Positions 40,241-53,099 of a stretch of DNA of 64,000 nt are shown here, one piece after another; position 1 is the stretch's first letter; every line of letters begins with the position of its first letter. A program made the translations under genes and the position numbers. Under the pieces are notes generated by a model, which saw only the letters and a program-made list of their open reading frames with translations, was not told where the DNA came from and searched no databases. The DNA lies in NCBI GenBank assembly GCA_951406725.2, contig OX597815.1, positions 55,738,001 to 55,802,000 on the forward strand, read 5' to 3'. This stretch comes from Octopus vulgaris (taxonomy: Eukaryota).

Positions 40241-40663
40241 AGTTTGTTTTAATATATTCCTCATGGACTTTTATATTCCTGGATTTTTTTTTTTAAAGAT
40301 TTTATAATTTTTTCCAGAGAAATTATATTGAACAATTTGATAAACCTTCCAAGAACGCTGTATTATTGTAAAACCGTGATGCGCGGTTATTTTCATTTGT
40401 TTAACATGTGGATACATTTGTAAATTTGTATATTTGACTTGCTAAAAATATTATTTCCAACTATATATTGAAATATGTGTGTGAGCTTAGCCGTGTGGTT
40501 ACCGCTATCAAACAAACAAATTCTCTCTGGCGATGTCACACATACTTTTTAATAATGGCGGTGCCCCAGCATGGCCACAGCTCATTAGCTGAAACTGGAA
40601 AATCAAAATCAAAATCATTCCTTTTTTCGCAAAATTTTAACAATTTTTCTGGTTGAGGGCTTA

Positions 40664-41593
40664 TGTAGCGACGCAAGTCATAATAAACCTTTATCGGCGG
40701 TAATATGAGGGAATCGTCATGTTGCCCGAATAGGCATAATTGTTAGTTTCCCATTGGTTAAAATTACTGCCATATTTGAATTCTAAACTTTCGTCAAAGA
40801 GAAATATTTCACGAAATGCAGTTCTTAGAAATCAGGTATGAGCAGTTATAAAAACCCGGATTTTTCGGATATTAGTCAGTGTTCGTTGGTTGTCACTCGA
40901 TTCCACGACACTCACTCTCAATGATCGTTGGTTGTCACTCATTTCCACAACACTCACTCTCTTGAGATATTGGCTATTTTTATGCCATGTCTATTAATTA
41001 ATTCAACAAGGCTTTCTTGAATTGTTGTGTAAAACTCTAGTAGCTTAGTATGGAAGAATTAGTTAATATAATTTTATGTCGTAACTCTCTACGACAATTT
41101 TCTTCGACTTATAAAATGTACCGTAAATATTAAATGTACGTAAATAAACTAATTTAGTAAATAATTTTTTTTTCTTCAATCTCTTAATAAAATTTATTTC
41201 TGCAACTATGGAACTGTTATTATAGCTGTGAAAAAGAGCGAGCTTTATTTATCTTCAACATACATGCACGTTCAGCGTCTTGGTGTGTATAATTCATCAC
41301 GGCGTTTACGCAGCCTGAGTTAAGATATATGTATAGTGATAATACTTATAATTAAGTTATAAGTGACGGGTTTATCACCATAGATTCCTACGAAAAAAAA
41401 TATGTATTTATTATCTTTTCCAAGTTCGAACACGTTATAAATTGATGACCAACCGACGTTGATTACAAAGTCTACTCGGGAGAATAATTACCATAATAAA
41501 TAATATAAATCACTCTTATAATAGTAAATTGGCTGAACAAAATATCTCATCAATACTCCATTACTCTGAGCTTCATTTACATCCTATACTACA
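40664..41593 (+). repeat. Probable Gypsy 3' LTR (~930 bp)
   Basis: G-rich ggttgagggc just before TGTAG (40664); inverted CTACA at 41589-41593; AATAAA inside; internal 42-bp tandem duplication near 40884-40960. No partner LTR to confirm the ends. Confidence 0.6.
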
Positions 41594-42383
41594 TCACCTG
41601 GGATAAACAACCACAGTAAAGGAAGACTTGAACTCATTTCGTTAAAGTTTATGACTAAATATTGCCAAGCATTTTATCCAACTCTGGTGATGTTGCTATC
41701 CAACTCCTTTTCATGTCTAAATAGTTGGTAAGAGCAACAACAGTAACTACAATGACGAAAGTAGAGGCAGTGCCAGCAACGAAGAAAGAACAAAAGTACA
41801 ACAAGCATCAATAACGATAATCTCAAACAGTAGCCGGCAAAGATATGCGATGTAGCCGATAGCAATATCGCTGCTAAGCTGGTTGCCATGAACAACAATG
41901 ACGTAACCGAAAGCACGAGGCAGGTACAATGTGCTTCAATACCTTTCTTGTCGATAGTTTTTCAAACAGCTTTAGCCAAAATATTTAAATGCTACCTAAG
42001 CGGAAAGTAGTTTATATTTTTAGGAAATAGAAAATGGCAATAGCAATGTAAAAGTGGAGACGCGTGTGTATTTATGTTTCAGAGTGTTTGTTAATGAATG
42101 TTTCAATGTTCATGACCATATATACATTAAGAAACATGTAAGTATATATATATATATATATATACGCACACACATAGAAACATATATACAAACAAAAACT
42201 ATATATAGGAAAAAATGTTATAGAAAGTATCATCTAGTCGAATGCGCCAAAAAAAAGGAAAACAATTTATGTTCCTCAATAACCGAAACATGATTAACCC
42301 TTCTGGTTCATAAACTGATATCTATTCTGTCTCTTTATAATAATAATAATAAAAACATTGTGTACAGTGCTCAGGTGCACTAC

Positions 42384-42455
<72 letters not shown>

Positions 42456-42459
<4 letters not shown>

Positions 42460-42936
42460 GATAATAATTTCTTAAGTAACCAGAAGGTGCATTTGGTATT
42501 AATCTTTATTTTGTACAACAGTCGTTTCGACCCATCCTGCTACTGTCCCTTACGGGTGATATGCCCATGACATATAACAACATGACTACCCGTAAGGATC
42601 TTTAGAGAGACACAACTTTATGTATGGATGTACCTGATGTGACCTAGACTGCAAAATGGATTAAATACAACATGTTGAACTGAGTCCCACCCGTAAGGGA
42701 CAGTAGCAGGATGGGTCGAAACGACTGTTGTACAAAATAAAGATTAATACCAAATCCACCTTCTGGTTACTTAAGAAATTATGATTATTATCTCAACTAA
42801 GACTGCGGAGTTCCTGAAGTAGATCCAACGGATTACCCTAACTGCGGATGATACCAGGTAGCCCAAACTGTGTCAGTGCTCTACTAAATACTTCCACACA
42901 CTAATTGACATATACCTATTAGTCCAAATTATTAAA
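42456..42936 (+). mobile_element. Short Penelope-like/retrozyme-like insertion with ~103-bp inverted arms and a hammerhead
   Basis: 42456-42558 is the reverse complement of 42688-42790; 3' extension; sits between (TG)n and (TATG/TA)n tracts. Confidence 0.75.
42629..42734 (+). ncRNA. Type I hammerhead motif with long stem II (A9 substituted)
   Basis: tgtac-CTGATGT-gaccta-ga-ctgc[...]gcag-ga-tgggtc-GAAA-c-gact-g-TT-gtaca, followed by AATAAA (42736-42741). Confidence 0.65.
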
Positions 42937-43119
42937 TATGTATGTGTGTATATGTATGTGTGTATGTATGTATGTATATATGTATGTATATATGTATGTG
43001 TGTATATATATACACACACACACACATATACATACATACATACATACATACATACATACATACATACATACAAACATACATACATACATACATACATACA
43101 TGCAGACACACGCTTCATC

Positions 43120-43349
43120 TTTTGTTTCAGTCAGTGAACTGCGACCATACGGAGTTCCTGAAAAAAAACCCTTCGGGATTTCAGTCGGACAAATCGACCC
43201 TAAAATTTGTTTTTTAAAGTCTGGTACTTATTCAGAAACTATAAGAAATTATTCAATAGGTCTCTTTTGCCGAACCGCCAGCTTGCGGAAGCATACACAA
43301 ACCAACATTAGTTGTCAAATGGTGGTGGGGACAGACACAATCATAAAGA

Positions 43350-43401
<52 letters not shown>

Positions 43402-43620
43402 CACACGCGCACACACAAACACATGCACATAAATAAACACATATATACAACAGGTTTTTTTTTTCTGTTCTTCCCTACCAAATTCTCTCACAAGGCTTTG
43501 ATCGGCATGGAACTGTAGAAGAAGACACTAGCCCAAAATGCTACACGGTGGAATGATCCCCCAAATCATGTGGTTATGAAGTAAACTTTATGGGCCTTAC
43601 CACACAGCCACGCCTGCTCC
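43120..43620 (-). mobile_element. SINE family A, diverged
   Basis: tgtttcagtca..aatcgaccc..ggtctcttttgccgaaccgc..cttaccacacagccacgcctgctcc. Confidence 0.8.
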
Positions 43621-44338
43621 AATACGATTTTAATTCTTAATATCTTAACATTGAGAAATTATTTCTCATCTCATTGGGTACAACTTAGATTACGATGACA
43701 AACATGGATACAACAACCAAAAACACTAAGATTTATTTCGATGTAACAAAACAACTTCTCAACATTCTTTTATCGACTCTATAAGAAGCAGTCAGGAATG
43801 AAATTAACTGAAATCCAAATTCCTTCTTGCCAAATCATCTTTTACTTCATCTGCTGTAGTCTGAAAATATCATCTGATACAAAGGGTAACTTTGACTCAG
43901 TTTCTTATATCAACAGTCATTTTTCTTAAAATACCAAAAGCTCATCGCAGGTTGTAGGATCTAGCACAGAAAGCTGTGACAAACTTCGTCATCAATATCG
44001 TTGTCATAATAAACTATAGATTCATGAACCAACGAGATATTTCATAAACCAGTGAGAAGTATGGTCGATCACACCTTAAATGATACCTCACCACAGTAGA
44101 TCATACTCTCAAATGATACCTTACCATTAAATAAAAGGGAGATCACATTGCATAATGTAGTTTTTGATATACCACGCCTGGAAACAAAAGTAAAGATGCT
44201 CAGAACTTGCATCAGAACTTGCCTGATCAGAGCTGACCCGAGTGTAAGAAACAATAACAACAAAAGTTACCCATTGATTCCGGTCGCTGCTTAACATATT
44301 GAACAGCTAACGAAATTATAAACTAAATTACAAACCAC

Positions 44339-44983
44339 GGATCTTTTCCTTTTGAACGGCAGATGTCAACACAATTTCTAGTTAACTAAACACTTTTAAA
44401 CTTCGTATACTGGTAGAATGTGTTTATAAAACATCATTTTCTCTTGGTTCTATTGAGAAAATTCTATAGTTTGTAAGATATTTCGTCTGAAAATCCGAGC
44501 ATTTCGACAATTTTAACCAATCGATTACCTCCATTCAACTAAAATCATTTGCTGCGTCTAAAACTGAGACAACATCCTGTAACTAACCCTAAACCTCTCC
44601 CCTAACCCTAACCCTAATTTTTTTCTTTCTTAATTATTAAATTAATTTAATTCCATTGCTTAGTTTTTTTTACACGCGTAACAATTAAATTAATTTAACA
44701 ATTAAGAAAAAAAAATTAGGGTTAGGGTTAGGGTTAGGGGAGAGGTTTAGGGTTAGTTACAGGATGTTGTCTCAGTTTTATACGCAGCAAATGATTTTAG
44801 CTCAAAAGAGAGCATAGGATTGGTTAAAATTCGAAAAATTAAACTATGTTAAACAAACAAATTACAATTTTCTCAAGAAAGCCAAGAGAAAAAACGTTTT
44901 ATTTTGACACATTCTACCAGTATACGAAGTTTTAAAGTGTTTAGTTAACTAGAAATTGTCTGCCGTTCAAAAGGAAAAGATCC
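44339..44983. mobile_element. Palindromic MITE/foldback element with internal telomere-type repeats
   Basis: TIRs ggatcttttccttttgaacggcaga / tctgccgttcaaaaggaaaagatcc; ~310-bp inverted arms; perfect 8-bp TSD caaaccac (44331-44338, 44984-44991); (CCCTAA)n at 44584-44617 and (TTAGGG)n at 44715-44756. Confidence 0.9.
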
Positions 44984-46129
44984 CAAACCACATTATTTTG
45001 CAAATTTCTCTGAATCACAATTGGGAACAAAAACGTTCATAAGTAGAAATATATAAAATAATGAGTGCATATCTTAGAAAAGTATCTTCGCATATAGTGC
45101 AGAGTTATAAAGAAATTAACTTAGAAGATAATCGAATGTTAACCTGGAGAATGAAGTGTGAAGTTTGTGGAAAACCTGTACCATAGTATCAGAATGTGAA
45201 ACAGGCGCTTTTATTTTTAAAGAAAAGCTATATGAAATGAAAGGCAATTATGAAATCTTAACACCCAAGTAACTTGAAACCAAAGCTTTAAATACGTGGA
45301 TGTAAGACAGTGTTGCCAAAACCAACACCATGGACAAATAGTTATTAAACACAAGTTGGTTTCGAACTTGCAATCTGTATCGGGAGAAGAAATGCAACAA
45401 TTATTCGTTCAGATCAAAAAGGAATAGTAAAACATTAAGCCCATTGTTGGAAAATATTCAGAAAGAGAATTATTAGCGATAAGATGCACGTGCAATTATT
45501 CTTCCTAAGTGATCTCAGCCTTCATCGAAGAGTAGAATCGGCAAGACAAAGTAAGGGAATAACAGTAGAAAGTGTTAGAGTGGAGGGATAATTAATAGAT
45601 AAGTTAGAAACATGGTCTTCGTAACGATGTTATAACATCGGCTCAAACGGTAAATCTCTTCGACGCTAAACACGAAAACTTAATTGCCCGAAGATACGTG
45701 TGCTAAGGTATGAAGGTATAGCTGTTCAATGAGCCCATGTAGGGAAACCGTACCGTGGCAACTGAAGCACGATGGCTACAGGGTTGTTGACTAGACATGC
45801 TGGTCCCGTAAGATCGTTCTTACTCTATGACAGAAGTTGCCGACACAACACAATTATTCCATGTGTTTTCCTAATATTTTTAATGTTTCCATTTCTGTCT
45901 CATTATTCATCAATCATATTGTGGAATTTTTTTTCAAGCATTTGATAATCTTTTCCTTTTTTAATTAGACTGCTTTTTAAAAAATTTTATCGTAACCTCG
46001 ACTACCACAACTGATGTCACAGTGTTATAGGAAGGAAAACTTATTCCTCACTAACCTCGGATAACTCTGATACATCAAAAGCAAAGAGCTCCCTACCAGT
46101 TTCTTTACTGTATAGTCAGAGTAGGTCCA

Positions 46130-47150
46130 TTTAACCTTGTCAGTCTCCACTTTGGTAAAACATACTGGAGAACTGCGCCACCTATCCATCTTTTACGACC
46201 CCACTTCCGCTCAAATAAAACCGAAAGGAGTTTATGATTGTTCGGTCAAAGAGGAAAACTCTTGTTCTTAAATCTTTTCACTGCGTCTACCACTTCCCTT
46301 TCTCCATCAGGCAAAGAAAAGTAACGACTCCTCAAAGGAAAGCAGTATGTTGTCATCACGATAGACTTGGTCGAGAGTCAGATCTGAACTACAAATGACA
46401 GCAGTTATTTGACAAAAACCTGGACAGATTCAGCTGAAAAGTAGTTCTGTATTTGTCAAGTTTATCCCGAAGAGAAAGTGTACCCCATCTCACGCTTGTA
46501 TTACAGTCAGATCAAGTAATTATCCATAATTCTCGACCTTTTCCCAGAAGTTACAATGCAGGCTATCCTTGTTGTTGCCCAAAATTGTTCTCAGATCATC
46601 GTCACTGATTCTGTCGTTCCATTAACCCTCTACAACATACGAACATTCCACCGACTGCATTCTCTAAATTGTACAGTACAAGTGAATGCATGGGAACATT
46701 CAAAGTACCAAACACTCAATCTCGGCCTCTGTCGAGCTATGTGAAAGCATGTCGCACGGACAGTCATCATACCTGTTTACTGTTGTCGTTGTTCAACAAT
46801 CTCTGTAGATGGTACGAACTCGGCATGTAGCTGTGTTTTATCAGCTGCGTCATCTCAAGAACCCCTGGAATATTTGTTGGTGTTAGATCTTCCATGAAAA
46901 ATGAAATAACAAATGGTCCATGAAAAGCGAAATAACAATTGGTTAGATATTCTTGAGACAATGTACCATAGAATGCACGACTTAAGCGATGTAATTATAA
47001 CCTCTTCCGCCCGACTTTTCATGAACAGCTTCCCCTCAGTCCATTTCTGAGAGAAACTGAGCATCCTACTCAGAATTTCCAGTTTTTACTCATCTACAAA
47101 TCCAAGCCGATTTAGACCCTAAATACTTTAATCAGACCCTTGGCTACCAA
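46130..47150 (-). mobile_element. L1/Tx1-like LINE ORF2 3' remnant
   Basis: QKWTEGKLFMKSRAE..LLFRFSW (cf. W..R.LS.KGRAE..LF.FLW of Tx1 RTs) in ORF 46855-47064; very decayed. Confidence 0.45.
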
Positions 47151-48448
47151 CAAAAGACGCCTATCCCTATAGACTTACCATCAAAACCGGTCTAGCTGAG
47201 GAGTTCTGTTGTGTGGTGTTACTTTGGTCGTTGATGTGGTCATAGTTTCAGTCTTGTTGCTATCATTGTCTCCTTTTGTCGTTACTTTTACCGTAGCTCA
47301 TTTTAAAGTTACTTGTACTATTGCTGCTTCTACTGTTGTGTCGACGTGTTGTTGTGGCACATGCAGCGGTTGCTGTTGTGGTAGTTATGTTTTATCTTGT
47401 TACTAGACTCGTATTCTTCACCGCACTTTTATGGTATTTGTTGGTCCAGGCGCTTACAAACTTTTGGATATTGGAGGTCCAGCCATCTGTTTCTTTACTC
47501 TCTACCATATATCGAAATCTTCTTTGTTGCCCTCGTAATCTTCCTCATTTGCGGGAACAGAGAGTTTAAGTTCTATCCGTATGTACTTGTGTTTGTTTCT
47601 ATACCAGAATCTGCTTGAATGTTACTTATATTTTGTAGGGGTACTTCTTCATGGGTTCATCTGTAGCAGCATTTCGCAGAAGTACTTGATACTGTTTGTG
47701 TGTAATTTTTGTTTTTGTTTTAAATTCTATTTTCCTTTTGTCGCCGCTGCTGCTTGTTCTTTTCCAGTGCTGGAATTGCTGTTGTTTTTGAAATGTTTGC
47801 AACAGTGAATCGGGAAGAGGGAGAGTCGCTTGGATTATAATGAACTCTTGCGATTTGTGTCTGGTTGCCATTACATTTCAAACTTCAGCCATCCATAATT
47901 GGAGATTTTTTAATTTGCTCTTTAGCTTCTCTTGTATCCATGTTCCTAAAGAGAAGTAATTCCTGATGATTAAGCAATCCTATCCATTTTGGAGAACACA
48001 GTTCCATTTGTTGTCGAATACTAAATTGCAATACATTCATTATTCAAAGTATGTCCCTTTGTGCTAGGTATTATTTGTAATATGGCATTTCACAAATAGC
48101 AACAGTATTGTACGATACCAAACATCTGGTGTTGTAAGTAGCCTTTACTTCAATGGGTTGTTATATCAAATAACATCTTCCTCCAGTCTGTCTGTGAATT
48201 GGATTATTCAGTTGTTTTCTACTACTTGTTCGTTAATGCCGAGTCATAAGTGGCTACCCTATGCATGTATAATGATAGAAGCTGTATCACCGGATGAATA
48301 TTTCCTCAAGATTCATGAGGAAGTATTTTTTCAAACTCACCAGTGTGGAAGCATCTACAAAAATTATGTACGCTGTCTTTTCTCTTTTGACCAACTTATG
48401 AAAAGGAAAGCTTCTAATGCAATGCAGCTGACTTGGTTGACGCTATAT

Positions 48449-49730
48449 ATTGAATTGAATTGAATTGAACTAGTTTCAGGTCACAAGCTGTGGCCATGCT
48501 GGGGCACCGACATTTGGTGTTGCTACATAATTTTTACTTCACTAATCCTTTTTGGAACTTGACATTTGGTGCATGAGGGAGTCTGGCGCCGATGCCCTCA
48601 TTTGCACTTCTTGCTATGAAGTTGACTCATCTGGGACTCTTGACAGTAAGAGATCTAGTTGCGGTTTGAAGACATCTACATCCACCCCATGTAGGGTCCT
48701 CTGGCCCTTCGGAAGGATATTGAAGAGCTGTGGGCCTTTAAAGCCCAGGCTGTTACAATATCTTGTTCTATAAAGTTGGAGTCTTTGGTACAATGCAGTG
48801 TAACTCTCGATGCCAGGGTTTGGGACAAGTCCCTCCAGTATCTTCGAGATGTATATTACGGTATATCTTTCCCGCCTGCGCTCCAGAGAATGAAGTCTCA
48901 ATCTCTTGAGTCGTTCCCAGTAGCTTTTATGCTGCATAGAGGCTATCTTCATCGTGTAGCTTCGTTGGATTATCTCAGGTTCTGCAATTAATTTTACACT
49001 GGTTGATAACCATAGCTGGGAGCAATAGTCAAAGCAGCTTACGATAAATGTCCTCCAGAGGACCATCATGGTTTCCTGATCGCTCGTTTTAAAAGTTCTA
49101 AGAATCCATCCGATCAGCCGCCTCCATTTCATTGCCAACTTAGCAACATGCACATGGAAGGATGTATCATTACACATTTAAATGCCCAGGTCTTGTACTG
49201 ACTGTGTCTCAGGGATTGCAATCCCTCCAGGTCCGGTGTATTTAATTGGTACTGCATTTAGTATTGCATGCTGATAGCATAGGGCTTGAGACTTTCAGTA
49301 TTAAACTGCATGCTATTCTTCTCAGCCCACTTGTATATTTAATCTAACTTACGTTGCAGGTGCATTGCGTCTTCAGGTTTCTGTATCACCTGTTAGACTT
49401 TTGTATCATCTGCATAACTTGTGTGGCTGAGGGAATATCTGAGAGGGCCATTATGAATAGTAGAGGTCTCAAAACAGTGCCTTGCGGAATACCACTCACT
49501 ATTTGCGTGTCATTAGAGGTGGCCCCATTGGCTACTACTGCTTGATTTCTATCCTTCAGAAAGTCATGCAGCCATTCTCCCCATTTCCCGACTATGCCGA
49601 GATCACGCAGTTTGTGACATATCATTTCATGATCGACTTTATTGAAAGCCTTTACAAAGTCGAGATATATCACATCCACACTTGAGCGGTTGAGCAGCTG
49701 TTTCAACACCCAGTCATAGTGTTCTAAGAG
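48449..49730 (-). mobile_element. CR1-clade LINE, 5'-truncated, with (TTCAA)n tail
   Basis: VDVIYLDFVKAFNKVDH, SGIPQGTVLRPLLF (ORF 49386-49784); GWILRTF..FDYCSQLW..SYWERLKRLRLHSLERRRER (ORF 48614-49177); tail repeat at 48449-48469. Confidence 0.9.
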
Positions 49731-49739
49731 CTTAGTATT

Positions 49740-50129
49740 GTTTTTACTTGTTTCAGTTATTAGACTGTGGCCATGTTGGGACACCAGCTTGGAGAATTTT
49801 TTAGCCGAATGATTCGATCCCAGGACTTTTTTTTAAAGCCTGGTACTTGTTCTATCGGCCTCTTTTGCTGAACCGCTGGTTACAAGGGCATAGACACACC
49901 AGCACCGGTGCGAGACAAACATAGACAGAAAGACAAACAGACAGACAGACACACATATAAATACGATGGGCTTCTTTCAGTTTCCGCGCCTACCAAATCC
50001 ATTCACAAAGCTTTGGTCGGGCCGAGCCTATAGTAGAAGACACTTGCCAAAGGAGCCATGCAGTGGAACTGAACCCGGAAATCATGTGGTTGGGAAGCAA
50101 GCATCTTACCACACAGCCACGCTCGCGCC
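49740..50129 (-). mobile_element. SINE family A, abutting the 5' truncation of the CR1
   Basis: Colinear with other family A copies from head (gccacgctcgcgcc) to tail (ttttacttgtttcag). Confidence 0.85.
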
Positions 50130-50994
50130 AATGTATGTTATGTTAAAAGAATCAGGATGAATGTATGTTAAATGATAAGATCGTCAGCGGCTAAACTACT
50201 ATCCTCATCAGGTTAGCCCGATAAGGAAGATTATTAGAAATCCAGCGAACCTGTGAAAGATGACCCCTCCCCGCCAAAAAAAAAAAACAGATGAACTCAG
50301 CATGTGATCAACAGCCACCAAACAGCAGTGAGCGAGGAGATAGAAAAACGTGAAATGGAGAACGGGTTTGATGTAAGCTCCAGTGACAATGATCGGCTGA
50401 CTTGTGTACATCAGCTTGTCTAGAAGGCCAATCTGAATTAAGAGTTTGATAGGTCGAAACGATATGATATTTAATCTGAAAATCTAGTAACTCAAAATAA
50501 TATAATTTCTAGTACTCAATAATCTTATTTATCTAATTTGTTTTAGGTTTCATGTATGGTCAAGTATGATTGGCTGATATTTTAGGTTGCATCTTTGTAG
50601 AGGTGTTGCTTGTTAATAAAGATGTCGATTTGCAGCTCTTTAACAAACAACGGTTATATCCATTACCGGGTCGCGAAAAAGTGCCCAGTGTATTCAAGGA
50701 GACGACACCGCTGTAGGTGCAACTAGCTTGATCAACTTCTCTCCATTGATAGACCCTATTCAGTGTTACGTGTGTGTGCGTGATCGAGCCACAGAAGTCT
50801 ACACCCTCTGATGTTGGCATTTTGTGGAGCCAGGGAAGCATGTTGTAATATTAGTTGTCATTGGAACTTGTTCTTTACAATCGCAATATTCGGACCATCA
50901 ACACGCTTTTTTTTTCACACTTTTTACCTTTTCAGAGTATTCTTTATCGAGCTTACGAGATGGCTCTGCTACGACTTTTGCGTGAACATTTATC

Positions 50995-51081
<87 letters not shown>

Positions 51082-51240
51082 CAATAAGAGGCTTCCAAAT
51101 AGGAAAGCTTTGTGCTAGAAAGACCAGTAGAAATCTCAAAAACCACTGGTAATAATAATTTATTACCTTATTTATTATGTTTATTTTATATATATATATA
51201 TATAAGTGTGTATGTATGTATGTATGTATGTATGTATGTA

Positions 51241-51288
<48 letters not shown>

Positions 51289-51699
51289 TATGTATGTATG
51301 TATAAACGTACGTCTGTATATATGCATGTATGTTTCAATTTTAATTATTTGAAATTTTCCTATAAGGAAGTGGCTGGTGTCGAACAAAGAAGTTATTTTT
51401 GTGCATTAACTATTTTCTTGGAACGTTCGGTTCGCAGATAACAAAAAAGGCAAGCACTTCAAACTGATGTCTAATGTATTGTACATAATGTCGGTCCAAG
51501 ATTAGATTAGTTTAGCTATCCGTGTTACTATCGTTCTAGAGTTTTCTGACAACATAGTTGTGCATGATTTTCTGTTGATAAGTATGCAGTCTTATACCAA
51601 ATGATCTGTTGTGGTAGATCTGTGCAACTGATCCTGAATAGAAAGATTGATTCCTCCAGAGTCATATCCCAATGATGATCATATTCGTCACAAAAGAAT

Positions 51700-51983
51700 C
51701 ACGTAAAAGAAAATCGCCAAAAACAATCGCAGCAATGAAAACATAGGAATCCAAAATTACAGGATTGCAGGTCCGGATTTAGCATGGAATGTATTTGATT
51801 TACTCAGGAAGTTAGCCTTTAGATTATAAAAATTGTTATTGTACAAGAAAATTTGTCCCAAAATGTCACGTAAAAAAATCGCCGAAAACAATCACAGTAA
51901 TGAAAACTTGGGAATCCAAAATTTCAGGATTGTGGGTCTGGATCCGGCCCGGAATGTTTTTAATTTACTCACAGAGTCAGCCT
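51700..51983. repeat. Diverged direct repeat, ~118-bp units, ~167-bp period
   Basis: tcacgtaaaa..aatcgcc..aaacaatc..ggaatccaaaatt..caggattg..atttactca at ~51700 and ~51866. Confidence 0.8.
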
Positions 51984-52028
51984 GATTCCAAAACGCTATG
52001 ATATGTTGGGCTACAGCCTCTGGGATTA

Positions 52029-52422
52029 AAGTTGAAAAAGTGTGACACACTGACATTCACATTTATTATATTATATTATATTATATTATATTATATTATA
52101 TTATATTATATTATATTATATTATATTATATTATATCATATTATATTACATTAAGGCGGCGAACTGGCAGAATCGTTAGCACGCTGGGCGAAATGCTTAG
52201 CGGTATTTTGTCTGCAGTTAGGTTTTGAGTTTGAGTTCCGCTGAGGTCGACTTTGCCTTTCATCTTTTCGGGGTCTATAAAATTAGTACCAGTTACGTAC
52301 TGGAGTCAATGTAATCGACTTAATCCATTTCCCCAAAATTCGAGGCTTTGTGCTTCCAGCAGAAAGGATTTTTTAAAGTTAAAAAAGTGTGACACACTGA
52401 CATACACATTTATTATATTAGA
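52029..52422 (-). mobile_element. Duplicated Helitron-like 5' ends flanking (TATAT)n and a SINE
   Basis: Minus strand a|TCtaatataataaatgtgtatgtcagtgtgtcacac at 52422; same block at 52029-52070 and a variant at 53430-53518. Confidence 0.45.
52154..52370 (+). mobile_element. SINE family B
   Basis: aggcggcgaactggcagaatcgttagcacgc..gaggtcgactttgcctttcatc. Confidence 0.85.
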
Positions 52423-53058
52423 TGTTTTGTGTTTTGCGAATTTATGTATCCCGACAGATGAAACCTAGCCTCACCGATGTAAAAACACCCATCCAACATT
52501 TCTATGCCTTTTCCGGCAACAAAGTTTTGGAACCAATGACAATAATGAAACCTTTTGGCATAATCCGTAGTCTTCAGTTCTTGAATGGCCAGCACTTTGT
52601 ATGGAAAGAAATTTAATTTCTTTTTTACTGCCGTATGAACACTTCCTATGCTGATTTCTGTTTCCTGTGACACTTTGACGGGCTTGCAAACAGTTTATCA
52701 GAAATATTGGAGAGTGTTTCGTCTGAAAGAACAGTAGGCCTACTGCTTCATGCTGCATCTTCCACTGAGTCTGTATTCCTTAATTTTCTTACCAAATCCC
52801 ACACAGTGTCCTGATGTTGAACAACAGTATTTGGAAAAATTTCACTGAACTTCTGTTTCACAGTCTCTGTGTATGTTTCCAGCTGGAAACACCCATTCAA
52901 CTAAAAACGTACGTTCTTCAATGGTTAGCATGTCGACACGCTGAAGGCTACACAATGACTGAGGGACGATGGCTGACATCCGGCGCCCATGCAGTAATAG
53001 CCAATTTGCGTATGCGCAGGATGAAAAAATTCACTGCGGAGAGACTTTTTGAACACCC

Positions 53059-53060
<2 letters not shown>
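52423..53060 (-). mobile_element. Tc1/mariner-superfamily element (DUF4817-type), 3'-truncated
   Basis: Terminus cagggtgttcaaaaag at 53060; ISIGSVHTAVKKKLNFFPYKVLAIQELKTTDYAKR..GEARFHLSGYINSQN. Confidence 0.75.

Positions 53061-53099
<39 letters not shown>

Noticed and set aside
41640-41930. Hydrophobic ORFs (also 47209-47406)
   Set aside because: Degenerate AAC/AGC trinucleotide low-complexity sequence.
44584-44756. Telomere fusion site
   Set aside because: The repeats are short, oriented CCCTAA then TTAGGG (opposite to an end-to-end fusion), and lie inside a TSD-flanked element.
46700-46745. HSSTEAE on the minus strand resembling Copia RNase H
   Set aside because: No other Copia motifs; the surrounding sequence fits a Tx1-like LINE better.
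47400-48120. Possible additional LINE ORF remnant on the minus strand
   Set aside because: Coding-like composition but no diagnostic motif I could read.
50190-50225. CTGATGA on the minus strand (also at 13668 +, 28669 -, 33525 -)
   Set aside because: No stem II closed by GAAA or matching stem I could be built.
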